A DNA stretch of 24,000 nt from Pseudomonadota bacterium (lineage in GTDB: Bacteria > Pseudomonadota > Gammaproteobacteria > Burkholderiales > Sulfuricellaceae): NCBI GenBank assembly GCA_021801705.1, contig JAJYXP010000001.1:9581-33580 (forward strand). The letters are read 5' to 3'. The notes beneath the pieces are model-generated. The model ran no database searches and was not told the origin of the DNA. It saw nothing but the letters and a program-made list of their open reading frames with translations. Each line of letters opens with the position of its first letter. Positions within the stretch are counted from its first letter, which is position 1. Of the stretch, positions 15,614-24,000 are shown one piece after another. The translations under genes and the position numbers were made by a program.

Positions 15614-16513
15614 ATGCTGCCGCACACCTGTGCGCTCTGCGGCGCAAACGCGTCCATGCAGTCTTTGTGCACAAACTGCAGCGCAGACCTGCCGCTATCG
15701 CCCACCCCGGCCTGTCCCGTGTGCGCCATTTCCTTGCCTGACAGCAACATTTGTCCCACACCCGCAAGGAGTGTCCCCGCCGGGTTCCCGCCGCTTCGCA
15801 GCGACCACGGCGAGACAAGGGGACTCCGACCCGCATACGACCTTTCATGGGCTATAGCCCATAGAAAGTCGGAGTCCTTTAGGGCTACGAGCCATGAAAC
15901 CGGCTCGTGCGGGATCGTATGCCCCACAAGGGGACTCCGACCCGCTACGAGCCATGAAACCGGCTCGTGCGGGATCGTATGTGGCGCCTGCCTGAAGGAA
16001 CCGCCCGCATTCGACCACACGCTGGCAGCATTCAGCTACGGATTCCCGATCGACCGTCTGCTGCATGCTTTCAAATATGCAGGCGACCTCAGCCTGGCCG
16101 GAATTCTGGCGGAACCGCTTGCCCGGCTGGCCGTGGAACACCCCAAACCGGACCTGCTGCTGCCGATGCCGCTCCACCCCGTCCGGCTGCGGGAACGCGG
16201 CTTCAACCAGTCGCTTGAAATAGCCAAACCGGTTTCAAGATGGCTCGACATCCCGCTCGCCGCCGATGCCTGCCAGCGCAAGCGCGATACGCCGCCCCAG
16301 GCCGGACTGAAATGGCGGGAGCGCCGCCGCAACGTGCGCGGCGCCTTTGCCTGCGATCTTGATTTAAATGGAAAAAAAGTTGCGGTGCTGGACGATGTGA
16401 TGACCACCGGCGCGACCCTGAACGAAATCAGCCGGATATTGAAAAGCCGCGGCGCATCTGAGGTCAGCGCCTGGGTGATAGCGCGCACCCCGGCGGAATC
16501 ACCCAGGCGCTGA
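15614..16513 (+). CDS. comF: ComF-family phosphoribosyltransferase-domain protein carrying an in-frame repeat insertion in its N-terminal Cys-rich region
   Basis: N-terminal Cys pairs CALC, CTNC, CPVC and CGAC followed by PPAFD. C-terminal PRTase motif [14 protein letters not shown]. The ORF begins at 15560, but ATG 15614 ([10 protein letters not shown]) fits the family N-terminus. Confidence 0.85.
   Translation: MLPHTCALCGANASMQSLCTNCSADLPLSPTPACPVCAISLPDSNICPTPARSVPAGFPPLRSDHGETRGLRPAYDLSWAIAHRKSESFRATSHETGSCGIVCPTRGLRPATSHETGSCGIVCGACLKEPPAFDHTLAAFSYGFPIDRLLHAFKYAGDLSLAGILAEPLARLAVEHPKPDLLLPMPLHPVRLRERGFNQSLEIAKPVSRWLDIPLAADACQRKRDTPPQAGLKWRERRRNVRGAFACDLDLNGKKVAVLDDVMTTGATLNEISRILKSRGASEVSAWVIARTPAESPRR
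15815..15981. repeat. Cluster of direct and inverted repeats inside comF
   Basis: A 38-nt unit gctacgagccatgaaaccggctcgtgcgggatcgtatg occurs at 15884-15921 and 15944-15981 (60-nt period). A 20-nt unit acaaggggactccgacccgc occurs at 15815-15834 and 15926-15945. A hairpin pairs ggactccgac (15821-15830) with gtcggagtcc (15868-15877) and encloses the perfect 16-bp palindrome atgggctatagcccat (15847-15862). Confidence 0.9.
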
Positions 16514-16577
16514 CCGTTTCAACCAATTCGGCGAAGCTGGCATTTTGACCGCTATTGGAATTAAACTTAAAAAACCC

Positions 16578-17042
16578 ATGTTTGACATCGTCCTTTACCA
16601 GCCGGAAATACCCCCCAACACCGGCAATATCATTCGTCTCTGCGCCAATACCGGTTGCGGACTGCACCTGGTCAAACCGCTTGGATTTTCTCTGGATGAC
16701 AAACAGCTTCAGCGCGCCGGTCTCGATTACCACGAGTATGCCACGGTCGAAACCCACGAAAATTGGGATGCTTGCCTGCGCCATTTCAGCGGGCGGCGAA
16801 TGTTCGCACTTACTACCAGGGGAAGCGCGCGTTACAGCGAAATTGTTTTCCAGGCCGGTGACGTATTCGTTTTTGGCCCCGAAACACGCGGGCTACCGAA
16901 AGAAATCCTGGCACGCTTCGAAGCCGGCAGGCGTGTCCGCCTGCCGATGCGGCCGACAAGCCGCAGCCTGAATCTTTCCAACACGGTTGCCGTGGCGGTG
17001 TACGAGGCGTGGCGCCAAACCGGATTTGAAGGCGGGGTGTAG
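16578..17042 (+). CDS. trmL: tRNA (cytidine/uridine-34 2'-O)-methyltransferase, SpoU/TrmL type
   Basis: [26 protein letters not shown] is the typical TrmL N-terminus. About 154 aa from ATG 16578 (the ORF begins at 16545). C-terminal [18 protein letters not shown]. Confidence 0.85.
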   Translation: MFDIVLYQPEIPPNTGNIIRLCANTGCGLHLVKPLGFSLDDKQLQRAGLDYHEYATVETHENWDACLRHFSGRRMFALTTRGSARYSEIVFQAGDVFVFGPETRGLPKEILARFEAGRRVRLPMRPTSRSLNLSNTVAVAVYEAWRQTGFEGGV

Positions 17043-17115
17043 GGTGGGCACGTCTTTGTGCCCACGCGGAGAATCTCGGCTGACCGCGTGGGCACAAAGA
17101 CGTGCCCACCCTACA
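17038..17115. repeat. REP-doublet (REPIN-like) compound palindrome filling the convergent trmL/gpsA intergenic gap; probable bidirectional terminator
   Basis: Perfect 32-nt arms: tgtagggtgggcacgtctttgtgcccacgcgg (17038-17069) and its reverse complement (17084-17115), with a 14-nt loop. Each arm itself holds a hairpin, GTGGGCAC-gtcttt-GTGCCCAC. Each arm starts with GTAG. The left arm overlaps the trmL stop codon TAG (17040-17042). Confidence 0.8.
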
Positions 17116-17117
17116 TT

Positions 17118-18101
17118 TCACTCCGCCTTGGGTTCCCGGTTGAGCAGCTCCTCCACCGCCCGGCCCGGGGGCACGCCTTCGAACAGTACCTGGCATACCG
17201 CGCGGGTGATCGGCATATCCACGTTCATGCTTTCCGCGAGATGCAGCACTTCGCCTGCGGTATGCACACCTTCTGCGACATGGCCAAGTTCAGCCAGGAT
17301 AGTCTCCAGCTTTTGTCCCCGGGCAAGACGCAGACCCACGGTGCGGTTGCGGGACAGATCACCGGTGCAAGTCAGTATCAGGTCACCCGCGCCAGCCAGG
17401 CCCATGAATGTTTCCGGCCGTCCGCCCATTGCGGTGCCCAGCCGGCTGATTTCCGCCAGGCCACGGGTGATCAGCGCGGCACGCGCATTGTAGCCGTATC
17501 CCATGCCATCAGAAATACCCGCCGCAATGGCCATGACGTTCTTCACGGCGGCGCCGATTTCGACCCCGACCACATCGGTACTTGAATAGACTCGCAGCCG
17601 CGGGCTATGCAGTTGCAACGCCGTGGCATGGGCGAAACTCTCGTCGTGGGAAGCCAAGGTGAGAGCCGTCGGCAGGCCCTTGGCCACCTCCTGTGCGAAA
17701 CTCGGGCCGGACAGCACGCCGCACCGCAGCTTTCCGCCCAACTCTTCCGCCACTACCTGGTGAGGCAGCCGGGCTGTGCCCGCTTCAAAACCCTTGCACG
17801 CCCAAAGCAGCGGCACGTTCGCACCCAGCTCAGCCATTTGCCGCGCCACCTGACGCAAGCCCGCCGTAGGCACGACAATCAGGGCAAGATCGGCCTGGTC
17901 GAGCGCGTCTTCCAGCATCAACGCTATTCGCAGCGTTTCGGGAAAATCAAAACCGGGAAGATAGCGCAGGTTGCTGCGATCTTTCGACATTTCGGCCAAC
18001 TGCGCCGGGTTGCGCGTCCACAGGCGCACGTCATGCTGTGCTGCGAGGCTGATGGCAAGCGCCGTTCCCCAGGCACCCGCACCCAATACGGCGATCTTCA
18101 T
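17118..18101 (-). CDS. gpsA: NAD(P)H-dependent glycerol-3-phosphate dehydrogenase
   Basis: [16 protein letters not shown] Rossmann N-terminus. ATGA overlap with the upstream SH3 gene stop at 18098-18101. About 327 aa. Confidence 0.9.
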   Translation of the reverse strand: MKIAVLGAGAWGTALAISLAAQHDVRLWTRNPAQLAEMSKDRSNLRYLPGFDFPETLRIALMLEDALDQADLALIVVPTAGLRQVARQMAELGANVPLLWACKGFEAGTARLPHQVVAEELGGKLRCGVLSGPSFAQEVAKGLPTALTLASHDESFAHATALQLHSPRLRVYSSTDVVGVEIGAAVKNVMAIAAGISDGMGYGYNARAALITRGLAEISRLGTAMGGRPETFMGLAGAGDLILTCTGDLSRNRTVGLRLARGQKLETILAELGHVAEGVHTAGEVLHLAESMNVDMPITRAVCQVLFEGVPPGRAVEELLNREPKAE

Positions 18102-18550
18102 GCGCCCCACACCTGGCTGGCCAACACATATCCAGCCTGGCCGCCGCGATGGCGCACTTTCAGCCAGCCGGAAGCGCCTTGTTCCACCAGTTCCAGCACG
18201 ACGTCCCGCTCGGCCTGGAACACCAGCGGCGCAGTGCTATCCGCCGACTGGCGGACATCGGCACGAGCCGCCGTCACCACCACCATGCGCGCATCGCCCA
18301 AGTTTTTCTTTTCGATCCAAGCCAGGCCGCCGGCACTATCGCGAACCTTGGCCCACTGGTCGAGGTTGACGATGATTTCAAATGGATAGTATTTCCCCAC
18401 CAGGAACAAACGCTTCGCCTGCACCGAGGGGGCGTCGTAGAGGACAGCGCGATCCGTCGCGACAGAACGGTAATCCAGCGCCGGGGCGCTGGACGAAAAC
18501 CCGAAAAACAGAAACAGGCACAGCCCGGCAAAGAGGGAGAGCCTTACCAT
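18098..18550 (-). CDS. Secreted bacterial SH3-domain protein
   Basis: Lies in ORF 18098..18598. Signal peptide [24 protein letters not shown] from ATG 18550 (alternative starts 18574 and 18598). Two SH3-like segments ([30 protein letters not shown] and [29 protein letters not shown]). Confidence 0.7.
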   Translation of the reverse strand: MVRLSLFAGLCLFLFFGFSSSAPALDYRSVATDRAVLYDAPSVQAKRLFLVGKYYPFEIIVNLDQWAKVRDSAGGLAWIEKKNLGDARMVVVTAARADVRQSADSTAPLVFQAERDVVLELVEQGASGWLKVRHRGGQAGYVLASQVWGA

Positions 18551-18578
18551 CACTGCGCCGGTTCTGCCCACCATGACA

Positions 18579-19040
18579 TCAGTGTGTGATTGCCGCACCT
18601 GCGCCCTGTTCTGCCAGACGCTGCTGGTACAGCACGTCGAAATTAACCGGATTCAACAGAACCGGCGGGAATCCGGCGCGCGACACCATGTCCGAAATAA
18701 CTTCGCGCACATAGGGGAACAGGATGTTGGGGCCGGTAATACCAAGAATCGGCTCCAGATCTTCCTGGGGGATGTTGCGGATCTGGAAAATCCCCGCCTG
18801 GGCGGCTTCCACCAGAAACAGGGTCTTGTCTTCAGGCAATTTTGCAGTCACCGTCACCGTCAGCACAACTTCATAGACACCTTCTTCCATGATCCCGCCT
18901 TGATGGCGCAGTTGCACCTCCACCTGCGGCGTTTCACGCACCAGGAAAACTTGCGGTGCATGGGGGATTTCCAGGGACAGATCCTTGACGTAAATTTTTT
19001 CGATGGAAAAAACCGCTTGTTGCTCCTGCTCGTTGCTCAT
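18579..19040 (-). CDS. secB: Protein-export chaperone SecB
   Basis: 153 aa. N-terminus FSIEKIYVKDLSLEIPHAPQVF. Conserved position upstream of gpsA. Confidence 0.9.
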   Translation of the reverse strand: MSNEQEQQAVFSIEKIYVKDLSLEIPHAPQVFLVRETPQVEVQLRHQGGIMEEGVYEVVLTVTVTAKLPEDKTLFLVEAAQAGIFQIRNIPQEDLEPILGITGPNILFPYVREVISDMVSRAGFPPVLLNPVNFDVLYQQRLAEQGAGAAITH

Positions 19041-19086
19041 GAAGTTCCCTAACTAGAAATAAAATAAATAAATTTGCCGGCCAGAA

Positions 19087-19506
19087 TCAATGCCTCATCA
19101 GCCAGCTTTTGAGATTCGCAGCATCAAGTGCGCCGGCGATCCGGTCTACTTCCGATCCGTTTTTGAATAACGCCAACGTAGGAATGCTGCGGATTCCATA
19201 CTGCTGCGCCAGAGACGGCTCTTCTTCGGTGTTGACCTTGGCGAAACGCACACGGGTCTTCATCTGGGCGGCAACCTGCACGAATACCGGCGCCATCATT
19301 TTGCACGGGCCGCACCACGGTGCCCAGAAGTCCACCAGCACCGGCAAATCGTTCCGGGCAATGAATGGACCGAAGCTGTCAGCAACCAGTTCCAGCGGCA
19401 TACCATCAAGGACGGGAGCACCGCATTTTCCACATTTCGGATTCTGCCCCAGGCGCTCGTCAGGCACGCGGTTTGTGGCCAGGCATTCAGGACAAACAAT
19501 GTTCAT
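19087..19506 (-). CDS. trxC: Thioredoxin 2-type thioredoxin with N-terminal zinc-finger
   Basis: WCGPC active site. N-terminal CPEC...CGKC as in Trx2. ATG 19506 (MNIVCPEC) is preferred over the ORF start at 19593, which would overlap grxC. Confidence 0.85.
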   Translation of the reverse strand: MNIVCPECLATNRVPDERLGQNPKCGKCGAPVLDGMPLELVADSFGPFIARNDLPVLVDFWAPWCGPCKMMAPVFVQVAAQMKTRVRFAKVNTEEEPSLAQQYGIRSIPTLALFKNGSEVDRIAGALDAANLKSWLMRH

Positions 19507-19522
19507 CGCCGACTTCCCGTGT

Positions 19523-19786
19523 TCACCCGGCCAACAGGAGATCCACCCTGCCGGCACGATCCAGCGCAGCCAGGTCGTCGTAGCCGCCGACATGGGTGCT
19601 GCCGATATAAATCTGCGGTACCGTGCGGCGGCCGGTTTTTGCTATCATTTCGTCGCGCCTGGAGGGGTCGAGATCCACCCGGATCTTCTCGATTTCCCAC
19701 ACGCCTTTACTTAACAGCAGCTTCTCCGCCATGGTGCAATAGGGGCATACTGCGGTGCAGTACATGATCACATTCGCCATCGTCAT
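19523..19786 (-). CDS. grxC: Glutaredoxin 3
   Basis: 87 aa. CPYC active site. TVPQIYIG and GGYDDL motifs. ATGA overlap with the rhodanese gene stop. Confidence 0.9.
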   Translation of the reverse strand: MTMANVIMYCTAVCPYCTMAEKLLLSKGVWEIEKIRVDLDPSRRDEMIAKTGRRTVPQIYIGSTHVGGYDDLAALDRAGRVDLLLAG

Positions 19787-20229
19787 TTCTCCATCGGCAT
19801 ATTTGCCCGTTGCCAGGTGGTGATACCACCCGCCATATTATAAACCTGTTCAAAACCGCTCTTGCGCAACACGCGGCAGGCATGCCCGGATCTCATGCCG
19901 CTACGGCAAATGGCAATGATCGGTCGGCCCTTGTATTTTTCCAATTCCGGATGCTTGGCCAATTGGCCGAGCGGAACATGCACCGAATGAGGAACATGGC
20001 CGGCGTAATACTCGCTGTCCTCGCGCACGTCCAGCACCACGGCATTCTGATGGTTGATCAATTGCGTCGCTTCCAGCGTGCCGATATCCTTGATACCGGA
20101 AATGCGGCCACCGATGATCGGCCACAGCAGCATTGCACCGCTGACCAGAACCAGCAATACGATCCCGATATTATTCTGTATGAACTCCACTTGTGCGCTC
20201 CTTACCTTGTTTTCCTGCAAAAGACGCAA
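19783..20229 (-). CDS. Membrane-anchored single-domain rhodanese (YibN-like sulfurtransferase)
   Basis: N-terminal TM helix IGIVLLVLVSGAMLLWPII. Rhodanese active-site loop CRSGMRS. Occupies the position of yibN in the E. coli yibN-grxC-secB-gpsA cluster. Confidence 0.85.
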   Translation of the reverse strand: MRLLQENKVRSAQVEFIQNNIGIVLLVLVSGAMLLWPIIGGRISGIKDIGTLEATQLINHQNAVVLDVREDSEYYAGHVPHSVHVPLGQLAKHPELEKYKGRPIIAICRSGMRSGHACRVLRKSGFEQVYNMAGGITTWQRANMPMEK

Positions 20230-20320
20230 AAGTTTACCAGTAATTTATCGTCTATACTCAATTTGAGGGTTGTAATCATCACCCATTATTCAAACCGGCA
20301 ATTAGCGAGAGGGTCTGTTA

Positions 20321-20550
20321 TGGATACCGTTGACGTCCTGATTTACGTTCACCCCGAACTGCCCCCGGAAACCCGTGCCAAGACAGAGCAGGAGGTAATG
20401 GCCTGTGCCGGTGTGATTGCCGCGGACTTCGATCATCACAAGCATCCGCATGCCCTTACCGTCCTGTACAATCCAGACGAGGTTCAAGACAAGCAGATAC
20501 TCGAAGTGGTGAGACGATACGATCCGGCTGCCACCATGGTAGGCATGTAA
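20321..20550 (+). CDS. Small hypothetical protein (76 aa)
   Basis: ATG 20321 is preceded by GAGGG 6 nt upstream and lies in the only intergenic part of the long shadow ORF 19810..20550. Sequence MDTVDVLIYVHPELPPETRAKTEQEV...HHKHPH. No family recognised. Confidence 0.5.
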
Positions 20551-20592
20551 CCGGCTGTCTGAGCAATCTGCAGCGAGGGGAAGCCGCTGCCC

Positions 20593-20814
20593 TTATGCGC
20601 AGCCGCCATTGCCTGCAGCGACGCCCAATTTTTTCAGGATAGTATCCAGCGGGCACAGGTTGGTGAAGCCGCTCTGGAACAGGTTGGCGCCAACGAAAGC
20701 GGTGAACCAGAGGAAATTGCTGCTGACGAAAAACGGGCTGCCCTGCACGCCCAGACCCAGTGACAGCAGCACGAAAAAGCCGGCGACGATACGAACGATA
20801 CTGTTGATGGTCAT
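20593..20814 (-). CDS. DUF2892 (YgaP C-terminal-like) small membrane protein
   Basis: 73 aa with two hydrophobic helices (IVRIVAGFFVLLSLGLGV and FLWFTAFVGANLF), followed by QSGFTNLCPL, which is typical of DUF2892. AGGAG 7 nt upstream of the ATG. Confidence 0.75.
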   Translation of the reverse strand: MTINSIVRIVAGFFVLLSLGLGVQGSPFFVSSNFLWFTAFVGANLFQSGFTNLCPLDTILKKLGVAAGNGGCA

Positions 20815-20864
20815 AGTTTATCTCCTGAAATGTGCATCTGATTTTGGGACATACCCGGAAAACA

Positions 20865-23800
20865 TCAAGTACGGGCCGCGCTCAAGCGGCGTTCCCATAA
20901 ATAATACATCAACGGGATCACCATCAGGGTGAGCGCGGTGGAAGCGAAAGTGCCGAATATCAGCGAAACCGCCAGGCCTCCGAACACAGGATCTGTGACC
21001 ATGATAGCCGACCCCAGGATGATAGCCAGCGCAGTCAGCATGATGGGGCGAAAACGCACCGCGCCGGCCTCGATCACCGCCTGCTCCAGGTCGTAGCCGC
21101 GCGCCCGGTAATCGACGATGAAGTCGATCAGCAGCAGCGAGTTGCGCACCACCACGCCGGCCAGTGCGATGACGCCAATCATGGAGGTGGCGGTAAATGC
21201 CTGCTGAGTGATCCAGTGGCCGGGGAATACGCCCACCAGTGTGAGCGGAATCGCGCCCATCACGATCAGCGGCATCATGAACGACTTGTAGTAGCCCACC
21301 AGCATCAGATAGATGAATACCAGCGCCACAATGAAGGCGGAACCGAGGTCGCGGAACACATCCAGGGTGAGCCGCATCTCGCCTCCCCACAGCAGATGAT
21401 AACTCATCACGTCGTCAGGCTGTGCCTCGACGAAGCCAAGGTTGCCAGTCTTGAATGACACCCCCGAGGGCAGCACTTTGCCGTCGAGCATTTTGTCCAG
21501 CGCCAGAACCGCGTACACCGGGCTGGATTTCAGCAGCTCGCCACCCACCATGACTGCGGGGTGCTGGTCGCGGTCGTAGATCGGCTTGTCCTGAGTGACA
21601 CCCCCCACAGTGGCGATGGCCGACAGCGGCACCTGCTGGCCGGTCATGTTGACAACGCGGATAGACAGGATTTGCTCAGGCGTCTGGCGCTCGCTCCTGG
21701 GCAGGCGCACAGTGATGTTCACCGGCTCACGCGCGTTGTCCATGTGCACGGTTCCGATGGAGAAGCCCGACACATAATCCCGCAACAGCTTGCCTATCTG
21801 ACCCACGGCCACGCCCGAGAGCGCGGCTTTCTCGCGGTCTACCTCGACATGAAAAGCATCCACGGTAGCGGTCACAGAGTCGTCCACGTTGACGATGCCG
21901 TAGACCTGCCCGAAGGTGCGCTTCACGTCTGCCGCTGCGGCACGCAACTTGTTGTAGTCCGGGCCATACAGCTCGGCCAGAATCTGCGACTGCACCGGCG
22001 GGCCGGGCGGGGTTTCATACAGTTTCAGCTTGGCCTGCGGGAAGGCCTTGCGTACTGGCGCCAGTGCCACGTTGAAGTCGTTCACGATTTCATGCGACGA
22101 CACGGAGCGATCATGTTTGCTGCTGAGGTTCACGCGCAACTGGGCGAGATTGTCGCCGCGCTTCAACACGTCACCACGCACCAGCGCGGCGAAGTCAGCC
22201 GGCGCGGTCATGCCGAGGAAGGTCTGGTAGTCGATGACGTATCTGGTTTGCGCCAGCACCTCGCCCACCGCACGCGCCACCCGGTCGGTTTCCGCCAGGG
22301 TGGTGCCGGCGGGGGTGTCCACCTGCACCAGAAAGGTGTTGGTGTTGTCGTTGGGTAACATCTTGAGCTCCACGCCTAGCGGCGACAACGGGCCATTCAT
22401 GCCGGAAGGCCGAATGAATTGCCAGGCGGGCTGGACCATGGCCGCCAACAGCAGGCCCAGCACAACCAGGAACAGCAGATTGCGGCGGCCGGCGTGCTTG
22501 ATAAACGGTGTAATCACCGCCACGTAGGCGCGGTGTAACGGGTCATTCGGGTCGGCATCCTTGTCCCCCAGCGAGGGCTTCGCCGCGAGAGACTTGGCGG
22601 CCTTGCCGGCGAGCCAGCGGTTGGCGGCCCAAGGCACCACCATGTAGGCGATCACCAGCGAGGCGATCATCGCCACCGGCACGTTGAACGGGATGGGACG
22701 CATGAACGGTCCCATCATCCCGGTGACGAAGGCCATCGGAATGAATGCCAGGATCACTGCCACGGTGGCGATGTTGGTGGGGTTGCCGATCTCGTTGGTG
22801 GCAGTGACCAGAGCTTCCTTGAAGTTCTTGCCTCCGCCGTGGTGCATGTGTCTGTGGATGTTCTCCACCACCACGATGGCCGCGTCCACCAGCAGACCCA
22901 GGGACAGGATCAGCGCGAACAGGGTAATGCGGTTAATGGTCTGGCCGGCGATTAAGCCTACTGTCAGTACCACGAACAGAATCAGCGGCACGGTCAGGGT
23001 GACGATGGCAGCTTCGCGCCAGCCCAGAAAGATCACCAGAATCACCACTACCGAGCCGATGGCGATGCCCAGATGTTCCACCAGGGTGTTCACCGCGTCG
23101 TTGGCCTTGGCACCGTCGTCGCGCGTAACGGCCACTTCCACGCCTTGGGGGATGGCCTGGCGTTTCAGGTTATCAAGCTTTTTGAGTACCGCGTCAGCGA
23201 CTACCACCGCATTGGTGCCGGCCTTCTTGGCGATGGCGATGGTGACCGCCGGTGCCTCGCCACGATGGGCGGGACTGTCGGCGGCAGGGCCGTAGGCAAA
23301 GCGTGACAATTCGTTGGTTTCTGCCGCGCCGTCGACGATGGTGGCGACATCATTCAGGAATACAGGTTGCCCGTTGGGCGCGCCGACGATGATCTGGCCC
23401 ACTTCACGTGCATCGCCGATGAAGCCCGACAGACGCAGCGGGTGGTTGCGGTTGGCATCCACCAGGGTGCCGATAGGCATGGAGACGTTGGCGCCTTGCA
23501 GCATCTTGTCCACCTGGTCCAGCGACAGGCCCGCCGCGGCAAGCTTGACGGGAGATATCCAGACGTTTACCGCACGCGGCGCGCCGCCCACCTGCTGGGT
23601 GAAGGAGACGCCGGGGACGTTGCGCAGTTGTTCAAGCACGCGGGCGGACACCTGGCGCAGATGATAGCCGTCCATTTGGGTGGAACTCAGCGTCAGCGTC
23701 ATGATCGGCACATCGTCCACGTTGATGGGCTTGACCAGTGGCTGCATCGCGCCCGGGGGGATGCTATCGAGGTTCTGCATCAACTGGTTGTAAAGCTTGA

Positions 23801-24000
23801 CCAGGCTTTTTTCCTGATCCTCCCCCACATCGAACTGCACAGTGACCACGCCGAAATCGGGGGCAGCATACCCGAAGGTATGCTTTACTCCGGACTGGGC
23901 GTTCATGATTGCTTCCAGCGGCTTCACCACCAGGTTCTGGATCTCGGTGGCGGAGGCGCCCGGCTTGGCGACGATGATGTTGGCGGCGGGCACCACAATC
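20865..24000 (-). CDS. RND-family efflux transporter permease subunit (N-terminal roughly 40-50 codons lie beyond the window end)
   Basis: 1043 aa are open to the window edge. Typical RND features: LVDAAIVVVENIHRHM, multiple TM clusters, and C-terminal GVVVRNSLLLIDFI. Whether it is an HAE1 or a heavy-metal (CzcA-like) subtype cannot be decided by eye. Confidence 0.9.
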   Translation of the reverse strand, partial: IVVPAANIIVAKPGASATEIQNLVVKPLEAIMNAQSGVKHTFGYAAPDFGVVTVQFDVGEDQEKSLVKLYNQLMQNLDSIPPGAMQPLVKPINVDDVPIMTLTLSSTQMDGYHLRQVSARVLEQLRNVPGVSFTQQVGGAPRAVNVWISPVKLAAAGLSLDQVDKMLQGANVSMPIGTLVDANRNHPLRLSGFIGDAREVGQIIVGAPNGQPVFLNDVATIVDGAAETNELSRFAYGPAADSPAHRGEAPAVTIAIAKKAGTNAVVVADAVLKKLDNLKRQAIPQGVEVAVTRDDGAKANDAVNTLVEHLGIAIGSVVVILVIFLGWREAAIVTLTVPLILFVVLTVGLIAGQTINRITLFALILSLGLLVDAAIVVVENIHRHMHHGGGKNFKEALVTATNEIGNPTNIATVAVILAFIPMAFVTGMMGPFMRPIPFNVPVAMIASLVIAYMVVPWAANRWLAGKAAKSLAAKPSLGDKDADPNDPLHRAYVAVITPFIKHAGRRNLLFLVVLGLLLAAMVQPAWQFIRPSGMNGPLSPLGVELKMLPNDNTNTFLVQVDTPAGTTLAETDRVARAVGEVLAQTRYVIDYQTFLGMTAPADFAALVRGDVLKRGDNLAQLRVNLSSKHDRSVSSHEIVNDFNVALAPVRKAFPQAKLKLYETPPGPPVQSQILAELYGPDYNKLRAAAADVKRTFGQVYGIVNVDDSVTATVDAFHVEVDREKAALSGVAVGQIGKLLRDYVSGFSIGTVHMDNAREPVNITVRLPRSERQTPEQILSIRVVNMTGQQVPLSAIATVGGVTQDKPIYDRDQHPAVMVGGELLKSSPVYAVLALDKMLDGKVLPSGVSFKTGNLGFVEAQPDDVMSYHLLWGGEMRLTLDVFRDLGSAFIVALVFIYLMLVGYYKSFMMPLIVMGAIPLTLVGVFPGHWITQQAFTATSMIGVIALAGVVVRNSLLLIDFIVDYRARGYDLEQAVIEAGAVRFRPIMLTALAIILGSAIMVTDPVFGGLAVSLIFGTFASTALTLMVIPLMYYLWERRLSAART

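Noticed and set aside
15815-15981. Possible CRISPR array (repeats with 60-nt period)
   Set aside because: There are only two copies of each unit and no unique spacers of regular length. The tract lies inside an intact coding frame, and no cas genes are nearby.
15484-16020. Minus-strand 178-aa ORF with internal repeats ([13 protein letters not shown] twice)
   Set aside because: It is the reverse-strand reading of the comF repeat cluster. The plus-strand frame carries the complete ComF signature on both sides of the repeats.
1-24000. Mobile genetic element or defence island (transposase, integrase, toxin-antitoxin, restriction genes)
   Set aside because: No ORF in any frame shows DDE/HUH/tyrosine-recombinase-like or nuclease/ATPase defence signatures. 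The only mobile-like sequences are the non-autonomous palindromic repeats already reported.

Overview
This 24-kb window comes from a GC-rich proteobacterial chromosome. The gene order (rhodanese-grxC-secB-gpsA, bioB-F-H-C-D, comF divergent from the bio operon, trmL) looks betaproteobacterial, but that is inference only. Nearly all real genes are on the minus strand. Most long plus-strand ORFs in the supplied track are antisense shadow ORFs.

Positions ~9.9-24 kb are housekeeping: an Rrf2 regulator, bioD/C/H/F/B with a small membrane protein coupled to bioB, comF, trmL, gpsA, an SH3 protein, secB, trxC, grxC, a rhodanese, two small proteins, and a 5'-truncated RND efflux permease.

Positions 1-9.7 kb are the notable part: a co-oriented, visibly less GC-rich redox locus. 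In transcription order it encodes:
- a small 3-TM protein
- a six-bladed NHL beta-propeller
- two diverged tandem copies of a three-gene membrane module (an 8-motif multihaem cytochrome c with a C-terminal anchor, a 4-TM HydC/FdnI-like cytochrome b, and an N-anchored trihaem cytochrome c)
- a PQQ-like eight-bladed beta-propeller
- a further cytochrome c with at least 7 haem motifs, which is missing from the ORF track because it runs off the window start

I count 25 canonical CxxCH motifs plus 4 conserved non-canonical ones (CX3CH, CX4CH). No porin, Fe-S, NrfD-like, molybdopterin or Rieske subunit is visible, so the locus does not fit the classical complexes I know. I propose it as a candidate undescribed quinone-linked periplasmic electron-transfer system.

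Other points of interest are a ~228-nt repeat-rich, hairpin-forming in-frame insertion in comF and a REPIN-like compound palindrome between trmL and gpsA. No tRNA, rRNA, CRISPR array, transposase or integrase was seen.
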